This document shows, piece after piece, positions 1 to 15,006 of a stretch of 64,000 nucleotides of DNA (position 1 is the stretch's first letter; every line of letters begins with the position of its first letter). A program made the translations under genes and the position numbers. The stretch is from Styela clava (taxonomy: Eukaryota), in contig NC_135259.1 in assembly GCF_964204865.1 (NCBI RefSeq), positions 10,478,001 to 10,542,000 on the forward strand, in the 5' to 3' direction. A model generated the notes under the pieces. It was given only the letters and a program-made list of their open reading frames with translations, was not told where the DNA came from and did not search any database.

Positions 1-3000
1 TTTTAAGGTTGAAGTGATAGAGTTTTTCAAAGTTATACAAACAAATTTATTCGATCGCATATTAATTTTCGCAAGGTAGTTTCATCGCAGCAGGGTCGTT
101 CACAATACTCTGTTACTGGTCAATGAGTACATTTTATTTAATGTTACCAGTCCGGTAGGTCAAAAGGTTGAGAACCGTTGATTTAACATTACAATCTGAC
201 CTATTTATCACCCATGGCGGGCAATGCTTGAACGAATCGTTCCAATAAGCATGCTGTTTTATGAATGTTTTGTAAAGCTGGCTGTTTTAAACATATTATT
301 GTCTTGGCTCATTGTCAAAATACAAGGGAAAATTTCAAAATTAAACCTGCACATTTTTGATTACCAGTAATATTAGGTGATCTTGGTTATTAGTTTGAAG
401 CTTTTCAAGTAAAATAAATGTTCACTGACCAACTTTATTACAAAATTAAAAGAAGAATCACGTACATTAAATCTCGACATTGAGGAAAATATGTAAATAT
501 ATATTTGTGACAGTGATAAAGGGTTACTTAGACAATCAGAATCTCTACCTATAGGTAGATGTGGTTTGTCCCGCGGCACACTCTCGATATAGCGCATATA
601 AACACTATATGTTTGGCGTATGCCGCGTGATATAACTTAGGTTTTTACAATAGGGATACACATTTTTATTTTCTATATTTTAACTGCGAATTGTGTAGGG
701 AAATAAAATTATTCTATGATAAATTGCGTCTACAAAGAAAAAATAATTAAAACAAGATAAATCAAAATTTAAACAACGAAATTAACTGGCTTGAAATTCG
801 GACTGTTTAGGGTTTGAGGTGACTATCTATCTGCCATTCACATTGGAGGATAATATGCATCATTGACACTAAGTGTTTCGTGTACACACAAGTTGTTATT
901 CGTCATATCTACTAAGTCAAAATAAATATGAGTCGAATATTCGGCTTGAAAATTGAAAAGCGAAAATAAATGTCGTGGTGACTTCAAATAGACAAAATAG
1001 CATGAAAGGAAAACAATTGTCAAAATTATACAGAATATCACATGTTGTGCAAAATTTTGATACCAAAATTTAACACAGTTGGAAACATATTGTATTCATG
1101 TTATCTTTCGAATTAATCATTCAAATAGTGGGTAACCAATTGCTAGCGGAAACGGGAAACGTATCTATTTATATGCTATACTTCATTTGGTTGGTAATTT
1201 ATTTAAAGATTTAAATAGGTAACAATCAATGTAATTGATTGAAACTACTGATTCATCTGTATCTGTAAATTGGACATGCGTTACAACAAATCCAATAATT
1301 TGTCTGCATAATTAGACAATTAGACAGAATATGATAAATTGAGTTCAATAATTTTTTATATTTTTCTCTCAAATCATTTTCTTCTAAAATTCGGATTTGA
1401 GTTGATTCATTCGGTTTATATGTATGAACTAGTGTCCATACAAAAATATGTGAATTTATAATATTATTGATTTCTTTTTACTACGTTATTGAAATTGAAT
1501 TTTAAAAAGTGAAAAGTAATAATAACAACGAAAAATTATGAAAAACAAACAAAAATACAACTATTCATCATCGATTGAGATCAATGATATAAACTCGATT
1601 ATTATGATTTTTATAGGGAATAACAAACAATAATATAATGAATAAAACTTTAGTATGTGTTATAACTCAGTCAAAAGTTTTTGTTCATTATCATTCAATG
1701 GTGTAGAGTTTTGTAAATGATTTTTTTCATCATCAGAGCAAGGGTATTCGCGATGCATTTTTTGTCCTGTAATAAAAAAATATCATTATCAAACTAGTGG
1801 GGCATTCTGCTGAGAAAAATATTAGACATGAAATAATACTTAGGAATCAGGTAGAAATGAAAAAGAACATAATATGATGATGATAATGAAATACAGTTTA
1901 AGATATTTAACTACAATAGCTACATTAATTGAATAGATATAGAACAACACAATCGCACCACGGTAGAAGATTTCTTTGGGAAAGGGTATCACAGCGCAAT
2001 TCAGTATATTGTGCTTCTGCGCAAGATTCGGGATTTATTTTAAAGAAGCATACACAAATTGCATCAAACACATAAAAACTCAGGTATAATTCACACGCAA
2101 CGATAAAGCCGCTTTCAATGCACGAGTTATTTAAAATTTTTGGATCCACTTCATGGCTTCGAATGAATCGAGATTTTATGTTTAGTTTCACTTGGCACTG
2201 TTGAAGAATTGGACGATAACTCAGTGACCAAAATTACTACCATTAATCTTGCCTCACTAATCTATCTATCGTTCAATTAATATCATGGCATGGGATATTA
2301 TGGCGGAATTCTTATAAAAAATCGTTGCAGGTAAATGTATTTACCGGACAATCGATTTAATTAAACTTTGCTACTGTAAAATGCTTTTTGATATGAGGTG
2401 AACATATGAATTTTTACGCTAAATTGTTGGTTATTCGGATGAATATACAAATTAAAAGTAATTTACGTGCAATTAAAAATTTTGAAAATTATTAAATTGT
2501 GTATTTTTAAAGGTGGAAATGTAACAATTGCTCATTGTTTTCAAAGTTTGTATCTATTTGAATCTCAGAAACATTAGTATATATATCATTTATTCGGAAG
2601 TAGCAATCATGACATGTATCGACAGGTGTTTCGGGCCAGTTAAGGTTTGGACCTCTTACAATTCCGATCTGAAACGTATTCATCAATCAACAAAATAATA
2701 AGACAAGACTGTTCATCATATTGAACATAATTGTCATAAAATATTTTACGCAAAGACAATTTATTGATAATGTAACGGTAATCTAATGGTTACGGTGGAA
2801 TACTTTGGAGTTACAATCACTTATTTCAAGCGCATACTGGAGGAGTTAAATTTGTCGCTACGCTCATTTTCGAATTGTTATAAATTATATGATGTATTAT
2901 AATACCGCCAATTAAACTATTAGTACGTGTCGTAATTAACTCTCCCCTTTATTTTTTGGGTTAAATAATCAATGTTCATAGTAGTAAATTATGAGTAAAT

Positions 3001-3418
3001 TGAGCAACTGTCGGTTAGTCATTTATACCTAGTGAATCACGCACGTGCATAAAAAGCAGCTGATTCATTAATTCATTATAACGTGTTAATCTTTGCAAGA
3101 ATATGCATCTACTCGTAGACTGCAAGATATAAAGCATTCAAGAGCAGAAATTCAACTTATAATCGAATATGAAATATATAAAATTTACAAATAATACATC
3201 TATTTCACTTTGGTCTGTGACATTCGCTCACTATTGACCAAATAAAATTGTTGTTATTGTTCGGCTTTCCATGTCATATATATAGAATGTATATAGAGTA
3301 GGATATGTTAAAGCATACGTAGTATCTTCAGCTAAACTGGGTGAATAATTATGAACTAGGTAGCGACTATATTAATGAGTTAGTCTAGCGTGATATATGT
3401 TAGTTAGTACACACCAAG

Positions 3419-4432
3419 TTAAATTGAATTCGTGCAATGTGTTGCAGAAGCACTTTCAGACGCCGAAGTCGGTGGTACACTCTCTTCTGGCGTCGAGTAC
3501 TCACTTCGGCAGCAGCACCGTGGGAACACCGTTTTCTTCCAATCAGGAAACGAGAGAATCACCATCAGCAAATTTAGGAGAGTGCTGATCTGCATTGCTA
3601 CACCTATTGTGACGCCATCATTGAAAACTGATGAGGCGGCAAGAATAGCGGTTCCAGTATCAGTGATGGTGCAAATCAGTGCTGTAATGAATGCTCTCAT
3701 TATAAGGGGTTTAAGGTTGAAGTTTCCCGCCGGCATTCCGTTCATATTAAATTGGTGCCTCAGAAGTGGTTGCAGGAAAAGACCAAGGAGTATAATTTGC
3801 ATTACTGCAGACGTCACGCCAATGATTATCCATGGTGTTTCAGGGTTGATTGAAGACCCAACTATGGCGCATCCTGTAGCTACCACTTCGAAGGAAAAGC
3901 TTGCGATATAGATGATGGTGTTTGTAACAGGCGATGCTACTAGTAGGAATACCACCACAAAGCTGAGTGCTCGGAAGATTGGCGTTGTCAGGTGTCTGAT
4001 GGCTGCGTCGCTGTATATCGATCTCTGTCGAAGCCACATCACCAAATAAGAAAACATAAATGCTAAGCTCCCCGTTATCGCTTTAACACATTTGCTAAAG
4101 CCACACATATCCGGCAAATAATAGTCGACAATCACCTCCTCGAAAATTCCGTCAGCAAGATGCAGAGCTACTGATATGCTGAGTAAAAGAGTAGTAACTT
4201 TCATGAGGTACCGATATCGTTTTCCTGATAGCTCTTTGACGGTACTTTTACGAGCTTGATGCACATCCATAGATAGTCTGACTGTAATATACAATACGAT
4301 TGCTAGCGTCACATCCGTCAGAAAAATATGTCGAAGCCAGTTCTTGTGGCTAGCTACATGAGGGTGAGTAACATTGCTAGAATTTGAAAATGTTGTGTTC
4401 GGTATCGTCGTTGACGGATTCGTTGTTTCCAT
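3419..4432 (-). CDS. Intronless orphan 7-transmembrane (GPCR-like) protein, 337 aa
   Basis: Single ORF with an N-terminal N-glycosylation-site-rich tail (NTT, NSS, NVT) and about 7 hydrophobic segments. There is a Cys at the top of TM3 and in the following loop. Motifs WLRQRSIY, LLGLFLQPL, KPLIMRAF and SFPDWK are shared with the ORF at 19533. No DRY or NPxxY motif. Confidence 0.85.
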   Translation of the reverse strand: METTNPSTTIPNTTFSNSSNVTHPHVASHKNWLRHIFLTDVTLAIVLYITVRLSMDVHQARKSTVKELSGKRYRYLMKVTTLLLSISVALHLADGIFEEVIVDYYLPDMCGFSKCVKAITGSLAFMFSYLVMWLRQRSIYSDAAIRHLTTPIFRALSFVVVFLLVASPVTNTIIYIASFSFEVVATGCAIVGSSINPETPWIIIGVTSAVMQIILLGLFLQPLLRHQFNMNGMPAGNFNLKPLIMRAFITALICTITDTGTAILAASSVFNDGVTIGVAMQISTLLNLLMVILSFPDWKKTVFPRCCCRSEYSTPEESVPPTSASESASATHCTNSI

Positions 4433-7400
4433 AGTTTCCGTGCTCCCAATTTTGCGATATACTTTGTAAAATGAACGCCCACTAGATTAGGCAAGCGAAC
4501 TATAGTAGTTGAATGTTTGATAAATAAAATGGTAAAGCTATGCTAAAAAAAAAGAACAGCTTTAATATCATATTTTACTCTGTATTTATTACTATATATA
4601 TCTCTTTATTAATTTTGTCAGTCTTGAAAATCACTAAATTTTTCTACTCTGCAACCGACGCTGCAAACCGACTTCCGAGGAATCGAAATGCCTGTCTGAG
4701 GTTTATCGCCAATTTAACCCGCTGATCATATGCATATTGTAGCAATTAAGTCGACAGCAAATCAATACTAATCTTGTATCAATCACCTTTTTTCAAATGC
4801 CCACTCCAAAATTTCAAATTAGGTTTCCAATTATGGCTGCCAATTTTAGGTACATGCTCTCTCACTGTTTCACGTCGTCATCTGGGCACCGCATTTTACT
4901 GTTATTATATACAGGGCGTTGTTCATAAAGGTCGGTTACAATTTCAATTTGGTTAGGTCAATTCTTGGTATATCTTAACCATGTTTGTTTTATTTTAATT
5001 ATAGTTTATTCGCGTTTACTTCATTTTATACACCTGTAGAGGCCAATTTATCGATCGATAAGTTCCTTTTGCAATTTAAAAGCTTTTAAGACTCCATCAA
5101 CAACATGTATATCTTTCTAATACTTAGGAACGTGCACCGGCGAAAGAGGGTTTTTGACTCGCGCGCCAAGTGGCTGAAACTCGCGTTGAACTTCACTAAC
5201 TGATAATCTCAATAATTTTCTATCGGTTGTTGTTGAACTTGAAGTTAACATAACTCTAAATATATTTACCTCCACGTTTATATAATATACCTAAATTCAC
5301 GATAAAACTACATAACACTTATATTGCTGAACGGGTGGTTCGTTTAAGATTACACAGTGCACATTTCACATAAATTAGCCTACTACACACGTTAATATAA
5401 AACGAGTATTTGAAGCATTCACCCATATCGTTATATAGCAACTTGAGATTCTAAAAAAATCCAGTAATTTCACGTGACAGGTTGCGTCATCCACTGGATA
5501 AAACGCGTTTTGAAAATGAAATATGTGTAGAATGTGACTATTATCGTTTATCACAGATGATATCGAACATACACTACAGGAACCAAATTGAAAAACAGTT
5601 AACAGAGAGTAAATCCGATAAATTTTTGGTATAGTGAGATAGTCTGGCCCATTCAAATAGACATGATTCTAGTGCACTCGATATACTCGAAAGCACACTT
5701 CTGTTGTGAAAACACAGTTTTCATTTTGATATTTCTGTTTGTAAGCCGCATTCAAGGACGGCTAATGAGTAGACATAAGTCAACTAATATTTTACCGCAA
5801 TGCTATTATCGATAAGTTCAACTGTGTAGAAAATGCTTAAAGTTTCTCAGAATACGCACGAGCGATTGAAAACCATTATAGGCCATAAGTCGAATTTTGG
5901 CTGCTCAGCTACGAAGAGGAAATTAGAGATTCTTTCCAAACAGATTTTTGAAACGTTTGAAATTCAGAAAATGGTACCGTACATCAATTTGTATAACTTG
6001 CGGGAAAAAATCCATGACTACGCTTTTGACTCAAAGCTAAATTTTGTGAGAGATTGCTGACTGCTGCTACAACTACAATCTGAAAACAAAACTAATTTCA
6101 AGACTGAGGATCGAAAAATAATGATTTTGTACAATGTAATGTTTCGCAGTGTTCAATTAATTAGTACCTGCAAATAATTACGATCCCACAAGAAAACAAT
6201 TATAGTTCCCAAATGACAGCATCATATAACCCATGATCATAAAAGAATGACATGGAATAACAATAATAAAATCTTTCACTTTACCTGATATACCTACACG
6301 ACCTGGACTTATCGGTTCAAACGAACCTAATTTTACAATGATTCAATTATAACATTATGGATTAGGATTAATAATTAATATCGCGAATATTAACGTATCC
6401 TCACGTACTAATTAGTTTTCGATTCTTACTGCTATCAGATGTTTAACGTAATACTATTCTATATACTGTCTAGTAATTTAAATAAATATACCTATATTCA
6501 CCAATCCTGCAATTTTGATATATATAAACAAATATTGTGTTTATTAACATTTATTAATATATATATATATATATATATCCTATTTATATGACTTCCAACT
6601 CCCATTTATTTAGGTAATTTAGTTAATTTGCTATATATATATATTCGTTTCGGTACAAAATTTATATACTATAAGTTAGTGGTATTTTTATCCTCCTTTT
6701 TCGACTTGCATTCACATTATATATCTGTTGAACTCAGCGAACAACGCAACGGAAGCACATCAAAAACGCGGCATGGAATTAAAATCTGAAACTGATACAT
6801 ACAGACCAAATCCTTTTGTTTAAAAAAAGCAACAGTGGTCGCAGACCATTAATTTCAGATAATTATCAGTATCAGAATGAACTGAACCTATTTTTGGTGT
6901 GAATGATTCATTAACAAGAAAAAATTCTGTCACTAATCGGATTAAATATTGTTGTGTCTCTCTACGATAAGATGATTTATATTAATACTTATTGTTTTTA
7001 TTATTCTATTGAGACTTTTGAGAAAATTGTCGGCCCCTACTGAATATGCATTTTTCGTGGCAATAAGTAATTGCGGTTGTATTCTCTGCCCAAGCCTAAT
7101 AAAAAATACATGGGTCGGCAAAAGCCGTTTAATATAAATAATGATAATATAAACATCATTAGTCATAATACGAGATTTTAATTTACATAAGAAGGACGGC
7201 CATTAAAATTCAGTAATTATTTATAATGCAAGACATAAGAAAGTCAACGAGTTAATTTTACCATATTTTTTAGACAAAATTAAATACTACGCATTATTTC
7301 AAATACTGAATTGCGATCGTTTCCAATTTTTTCAGCAAAGGAAAACATTTTATATAACTAATATGTGAATCACATCAATTAAATCGAAACTCTTCTAGTT

Positions 7401-7999
7401 TTATCGTACTAACAACATCTTATCGCCAAAATGCCACTCATACGAGTCATTGAACTCCAACAAAGTAGTTGCTAAACCATACTATTTTTATGACGATTAC
7501 GTTGAACGGACATACATATATTACATTTACGGCCTATATATGATTTCAAGATTACAGGCAATTCATCAATGACACGAAGCAGACTTCAGTAATGCGATTA
7601 ATATGATAATTAGATTATTTAAACTAAAAATCATTTCTAATTTCTTGGTCTGGTAAACCACTGTAAATTTATTATTCAATCCATTATCGCTATTGCCACC
7701 ATTCGTGTTGTTTAAATGCAAATTTGTTTCTCAAATTCATGCTATTTTATTTGATACATAGCCATTTTATCAGCAATACATATAGTAACAAACCAACAGA
7801 ATATACATCAGTCGAAAGCAATAGCTAAATGCATATTCTTTTTCAGATTTATTACAGAAAAAAAATGAAATTGCCACAACTGACTTCGCTTGTCTGTAGA
7901 TGGTGAAAATTGCTCCCCAATACCTATTTCAATTGCAAATTTTACTAAATTGTATGCACTCCATATTCCTCAATATATCCCATCCCAATAGCAGTTAAT

Positions 8000-8870
8000 G
8001 TGCCACAGGTGCACCATTATCCAACATATATGAAAGTTTGTCTTTCGGAAATCGAAAAAGGCTTAATGATACCTTAATCCAATGTAATTAATCATACGAT
8101 ATCAGTAAGCAGTTGAGTAAATTCAAATAAATTGCATAGTTATTTTAGTGGTGTACATCTATGCAGATCTTCAGTTCAAGTATCTTTAACCGGGAATATA
8201 CTACTGATTAGTAGAGCCTTCAAGATCTATTCAGTGTTTAGAATATTTTATCCGGAAGGATCCAAAATCATCATTACATGGAAATTTTAGTAATTTGGCC
8301 ATTGTGTAAAATCATATTGATACCGCATCATTGGAATGTTCAATGCATTATCTCGAGGAAATCACGATTTTACTATAACCACCGTGTCAATACTCAAATT
8401 AATCTCAATAATTAAGTATTTATTGACAGAATAGTTCCTGAGACTGAGGTGGCATGAGGTCGTTCAGGCTGAAAATAAAAGTAAGGTATTCACGATTCTA
8501 GACGAAACGTCTCGTTCGTATTGTTGAAATCATGTCATATCGTAGGTGTTCTTCGTGAATGAAATATATCAAATTTGAATTGTTTGAGTTTTGATAAAAG
8601 TGACATCATTGAAGGTTCCAAAATTCTGCTTTGGAGGCCAACTTGGGAGTAAAATTGATTTCTAATTGTTCCCTATCCTGAAATATTTTCATTTGTTTCG
8701 ATTTTATACAATATCATTCATACAATGTTAAGACTCATATTTATTTGATAATTTATCGATGTTTACTGAATTAGAGCTTCATCACAATTAAGGCTGTCTG
8801 AAACTAACTGTTGATTTCCTGACTCCGTATGTTGTACGATTGTCTTCTGATATCTTTTGAGCGTATAAGC
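8000..8870 (+). mobile_element. Highly degenerate Penelope-like retroelement remnant (RT thumb region)
   Basis: The in-frame peptide from 8141, YFSGVHLCRSSVQVSLTGNILLISRAFKIYS, resembles the Penelope RT C-terminal pattern TFSGxYLxxxSxxPxxYKxxxIxxLxxRAFKICS. An upstream ..EIEKG.. fragment is also present. Multiple stops and frameshifts; boundaries approximate. Confidence 0.4.
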
Positions 8871-11800
8871 CTATCTTACTATCGCTAGGATATCACGTAT
8901 ACATGTCTGACTACCATTCATTCCAGTGACCGTCATTTATATATTCGCATAAAATATTTGGAATATTTGTTGCCTAATTTGCAGAAATTGAAACATTATA
9001 CTTTGCACTGTTCCTAATTCAACGAGAAAGTTATATATCAAACGCAGCCAATTTTGGATAATTTGTCCAGGTCCGCCACGTACGACACGAAATTGAGCGC
9101 GCCATACATGCCACTACCAACTAAGATCCATACTTATTAGATTTCAGGTATAACAGTGCGTTGAAGAGTAATGTCACATTGATAAAATATTGCATGGTGG
9201 CGTTTATGATAGCACCTATACAAGACAATACTGCATAGAAATATATAATACAACATACAGTTATATTGGAAATGTTTAAAATAAACAATATTTATAATCC
9301 CATATGAAAATAGATATAAAAAGATTTGCAAAACCCATTTTAGAGTTTCAGGTATGTGTATAGTTTATCCTTATAAATTTTATCATCCTGGATTCGATTA
9401 GATTATTAGAAAATGGCCTTACAACACCTCAATACACTCTTTCATAATTTAAAATTCAATCTCATGATAAAGTTCGTTGCGACCAACTTACTAAATTAAA
9501 CGGAAATGAACGCTATTATTATTTTTTTCACACAAACAAAACATTCATCTACAAAATTCTACCCATGAATACTAAAGTGTAGTGAAACCATGACTTTGTA
9601 ACAAATTGTTTCTTCGTTATTCCAATCACTGCTAACCAGACAACGGTTGGAATGATAAAAGCCCACGGCATGCGTCTGAATGCAATCTATGTGAGCGGTT
9701 GATAACCGTGTTATTCACCTACCTTGAAACGTCACAATTGACCCGCATTATTAATAGTAAAATAATGTTTTGCATCATAGAGAACATAAATAAAATTTGT
9801 TGCACCCGAAGCTCGAAATTAATCGACACTGAAATACTTCAAAAATTTCTGCTTTAGTATAATACTCTAGTCAAACGCTCTAAAAGTGATATGTCGAATG
9901 AAAAACAACGACAAGAACAATTTGACTCACTTCAAGAAGTTCCGCGTCGATTTAGAAACAGTTGAGCCTTTTAAAATAAGGTACTATTTACGTCGGTCAA
10001 TGCCTTTCCATGTTTTTTGCTTGAAATGATTTCTAACAGCAAATCTTCATAATTGACTAAGATTGCAATTTGACCCGGAACTAACATTCTTTAACATTCA
10101 ATTTTATCTACTTTTATTCAAAACTAAACACGTAATAATCATTTCACATAGATATTAGTTGCAACAAATCTGACCTATATAACGAACATAGCTTATGTAT
10201 GACATTTGAAACTTAAGACATGGGCTTTTCGTACTTGCTTTTTGCGACGCTTTCGCATCGGTTACTTAGCCAACCGGAAAATTGTCAAACCATTCACGAT
10301 TATCTGTTTGATTCCAGCTAATGGCGTTGACGCTGCATCCGGTTCAAGGTAATATTATTTAAAATTAGGATTATTCTTAATAGGGATAGTTTAATAGGGA
10401 CAAATTCAATCACCTTATAATTAGCTCGTATATATATACTATAAGGTACCAATACAAATAAACTGCGTGAATTTGATGAACAGAAATTCATAAACTGCAG
10501 ATTCCGAGAGTTCTAATATTAGGTTTCTAAGCCACTTCTAATATTCTGTAAAAAAGTATATACCCATATAGTATAACAATGCAGCTTCAATGGGCCAAAC
10601 AAAGCAACATAACTCAACGTAGGAACTATGTTGGCCCAATAGAATAAATACATAAACTGAATAAAATACATCGTCCTGTAGTAATTTGCAACTTCCTACA
10701 AGTCCATAGACTTTTAGTCATGTTTTCATTTCATGCTCTTCAACCTGGTCTATAATTAAATCTAATTTCCTGAGCAATTATCTTTTCTTGGTATAAATTT
10801 TTAACACTGTCTTTAACAACAAGTCCGTTCAGGACAGGATTTACGTCGCTAAACGAGATAACTGCTGCCTTTCAATCTGCTTGACTTTCAATCGCTAAAT
10901 TGTAATTACATGCTTGGCTGTCTCTGGACCAAATTACAATTTGTCTGGATCGTTCAGCCTTGGAAACAATCGGGATTATTTTAATTTTGCAGAGAGGCGC
11001 GTTATGGAATATTTCAATGCGTTGTGACCTTATGTAGAATGAGCCTCTGTCGTTTCCTCCGCACATTCAACTTTCACGATAAAAAATTTCGTACTTTACT
11101 ACGCAAAAACAAAAAATGTGGGCGAAAACTATTCTTAAATTATATGTTGTTCAATGACGAGAAAACATGCCACCACGCATCTGCGTTTTATCGAAATTTC
11201 AATCAAAAATCTAATCATGAATAATTTTAAGTGAATGAAACTACAACAAAGTTGATTCTAAAATAATTCTATAGAAGAGCTGCATATAAAAACTATCACA
11301 TAATTTTTGATGCAACAAAATACATCGGCAAACAGTGAATACTCACTCGTATTCTGACATTTAGATTATAAGTTTACACAATCATGCCCGCAATGACCAG
11401 TTTTATAATAAAATAAATAGAAAATTTCACACTTTCATTATGGTACGAAGTATGGGTATTTGCGTCCGTCGTATATGAATCACAAATGAATAAATTGTAT
11501 ATACAGAAATGAGTAACAACAATTTGTAAAAACATGCGTTAGACTATATCGAACCGGGAAGTACGCGTCTTTTCTAACTCTGTTGTTACATGTATAATCC
11601 CTATTGTGTATTGTGAAGCGAATTATTTTTCGTCCTGACGAGATCACGGGACTGTTAAAACAATACGAATGAATCTATAATATCACTGGTCCACCGCGCT
11701 GTACACTTACTTATTCATCACAATGATACACACGAGATACTTTATGCCCCATATCCACCCGTCAACAGTGACAAGCAAATTTTCTGTTTTACGTCCACGT

Positions 11801-14717
11801 TAGAATGGGAAAATAAAATATAACAGCGCAAGTGAAGGGCGCTCTCTTCTTTATAAACAGAAACAAGTTCATTTATTCGTCTTTCGGGCAACCTGTCACC
11901 GAAGCCTTTAATATCGATCTCATATATCTTTTGGTGCTTATTTATCCCTCCCGTAGACATACGGTATGAATCTTCGAAAATTGATAGAACTAGTAGCAGG
12001 AATGCCGAAGTACACATTTCTGTGCAGGTGAGACTATGAGCCATTATTGCAGTTTATAGCAAAGCGTATGAACGATGACAAGGCGGGTGTTAAAGGTTCA
12101 TTAGGTGTATATTAAATTTTACCGAACCAAAAAATATTTTTATACAAAAGACAGGTTTTCGGCACATATTTCTGACTGTGATTGCCAGTCACCCAAAATA
12201 CGTCAATAACTTTAAATGCACCATTTAATAATAACAAATATAGAGCAATGCATACATTTTTGAATTGGCATGACAAATAAATTCAGTTATTTTTTCATTT
12301 TCGCAGAGCTCAGATTTTTGCATATCAGTTTACACTATTATACCATATTCGGAAAACGAATATACGAATATGACGCAACGAACAAGCAAACTAAAACGAA
12401 ACCACATTTTTACATTAAAATATAGAACAATTATAATAGGTTTGATCCCCTCCACGTATGCAACCATTCCAGAATATGAAATTGGTAGTTATTGATTACC
12501 TGAGATAGAAATATACAAAAACGAATGTAATCTATTGTGTTACAAACAGAAGCAGTCAAAACTCGGGTTGAATACTAGGGAATCGTTCACGTCTTCCGTG
12601 AATTCCGACAAGAGCACAACCATCTGCCAAAATTGGAAAGGTACATAAACATTCATATTGTAACGTTTCCTAAATACGTTATTGTATCATTTGGAAGGAT
12701 TTTTTGGCATAAACCAAGACTACATGGGAAAATTTATAAATCGTGTTATTTTAAAGTGCTTGTGCACGTCAATGAAATTACTAATCGGCCCTTACAGCGA
12801 ACGCTAGTCTGTAGCATTGATCGAGCCAGGACGCATCATCAAGCCACGTTTGAACAATGGGCGAATGATTCTCAAAATACACAATTTTTGGTCGACACTC
12901 ACATACTATCAACGATGGCGTACTTCAAATCTACCATGTTTCCTATTCAACACAATTTTCTCAAAAAATATGAAGAATTGATGATTACACCTGAAATCTA
13001 ACTCAATTAATCTTGGCAATCTGGCTTAGTACGTCACTTAGGTAATCTCTGATTTAATATACGGAACAATTTGAACATATTAAGTTAAATTTGTTTTCTT
13101 ACTTATGCTATATTTTAGTATAGCGCATGTCCAAGGTGATAATATTACTCAAAGCTATCGCAACTTAAAATCATGCCCATTACGCATTTCCTCATAATCC
13201 CCTGAGGATCTCATTTTCGAAATAATATTTGCTACAATTTTGAGTGTCAAGGGTGGTTAAGGGCATTAAATTCTAGGCATTATCGTTTGTGCAAATTATC
13301 CTCACTAAGGTGACTGAAAGCTTCCGTCATGTTTGAAAATATATTACTATATTAACAGAAATTTTCCAGAACGAGCGATTGTTTTTTTACGTGAAATATC
13401 TAATTCTCGCATAAATGTTTTCTACGCCTAAAACCAGTTTCGTGTGTATATCTATATTACGTAAATATTTCATGCGCTAAATTGCGCATTCGAAACTGCC
13501 CATATCAAGAGACACCTGTCAGTGGTCCGTATCATATTCCGTTAAATGAAGTAAACAAATTCATTTTATTGACATCTAATGTTGAATGCACTAAATTAAT
13601 TTTTACGTCTGAGTATATAGGTGGCTCTTATACGTTTGTTGTAGATATTATTATGACGGCAAAATTGCATGCGTCTGGTTGTTTTGGTTTCCGGTTTACT
13701 AACTCTACCGACTGGTAGTGAAATTTGTACTGATTATCAATTTTGACCACTAATTTCACTTATATCTCAGATGAAATTAAGGAACTTTGGCTCATGCATT
13801 ACAAGTAGGAATGAAAATTCCCGTGAAAACATTTAGACTGCTAAATAGCAAAATTTACTGGTTACCCGCTGCTGGTTATAACAACACCACCAATCGTAGC
13901 ATAATGAAAAAACGGGCATTTTACGCTCTGATACTGAAGGATTTTTGCACAAATTTGCCCTGAAGTTGATGGGAGTTGACCGGATCGGAATGGTCTTGCA
14001 ACGGATTGCCCAAAAAGAGTATTTGCTTAATTTAGTTTGGCAGAAATCGCAATGATTTAATGATTTGCAATAGACGTTCTCAACATTACCGTCATGGAAT
14101 CATTTTCGAATCACGGGCAACATCTTCTGATCGGAAACTAACTAACTAACATTACGGTATTGCTATCATCAGTAGCCATCGTTTTTTGAGTTAATTGTAA
14201 CATTTTTGGTGCAAATCAACTAGTGATCATGAATTGTATAAGTTATTCGTTACCGTCTAAAATCGGTTAACGAATTAATTATTCCCAGCCCTAATTATAA
14301 GTATGTAACAGTTCAAACAACCAAATATACCAGCGATTTCTTATAATTATTTGAACAATTATCCTACTGATATCTTACTGAATAACGCTTAGCTTGTAGT
14401 GTAGTGAAAAATAGAACATAAAATCTTTACGTTTAAACAATTTATTTTCCAATATATATGGGCCGTACGGAAAATATCAAGCAAGTATCAGTAATTTTAT
14501 TTTTTAGTTCGGATCATGGCCGCGGATAACCCCGCTGATCGGTACATTACACCCGTGCTGTTTCGTGAGTTACATACCTGATTGTAGATTCCTGAATAGC
14601 AATTCAAGAATGTCATTCCAACAAAAACAGGAATAATTCCTGTTGATATCCCTGTGATATGAACTGTCCCGTTAGGTATTCTAAAAAAATGATATATATA
14701 GGGCATATGCTCTATAA

Positions 14718-15006
14718 CAGGGGTGGGCAATTGCTCTTCTGAGTGGACCAAGTACAGATAATAGACTTGGCCATTGTGCTTGAGGCTTGAGACTTTATAT
14801 GAAAAACTATGAATGAAAATAGTTTATTTACAACAGCTGGGTTTACGTTTATATAATAATAAGAAGGACAATGTAACAATCGGGGTCATTATGACGTTAT
14901 TTTCAACGAAAATTTATATCCATGAAAACGATAGTCATAATTTCAGCAGACACAAATGGGCCGGATGAAACACTTCGGCCCGCGAGTCGTAATTTGCTCA
15001 CCCATG
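14718..15006. mobile_element. hAT-type MITE (about 289 bp)
   Basis: Imperfect TIRs CAGGGGTGGGCAA ... TTGCTCACCCATG, flanked by a near-identical 8-bp TSD (ctctataa / ctctaaaa). Confidence 0.75.

Noticed and set aside
3432-3911. 159-aa plus-strand ORF, and similar antisense ORFs over the 7TM, USP and ZBTB genes
   Set aside because: These are shadow ORFs opposite real coding sequence, with no recognisable domains.
10500-10830. Possible LINE/RTE reverse-transcriptase C-terminal remnant on the minus strand (..LWTCRKLQITT.., ..IEAALLY..)
   Set aside because: The similarity is too fragmentary to support without a translated search.
11742-13001. 100-aa and 122-aa ORFs in the gap between the 7TM genes
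   Set aside because: No motifs, no supporting exon chain, and lengths expected by chance.
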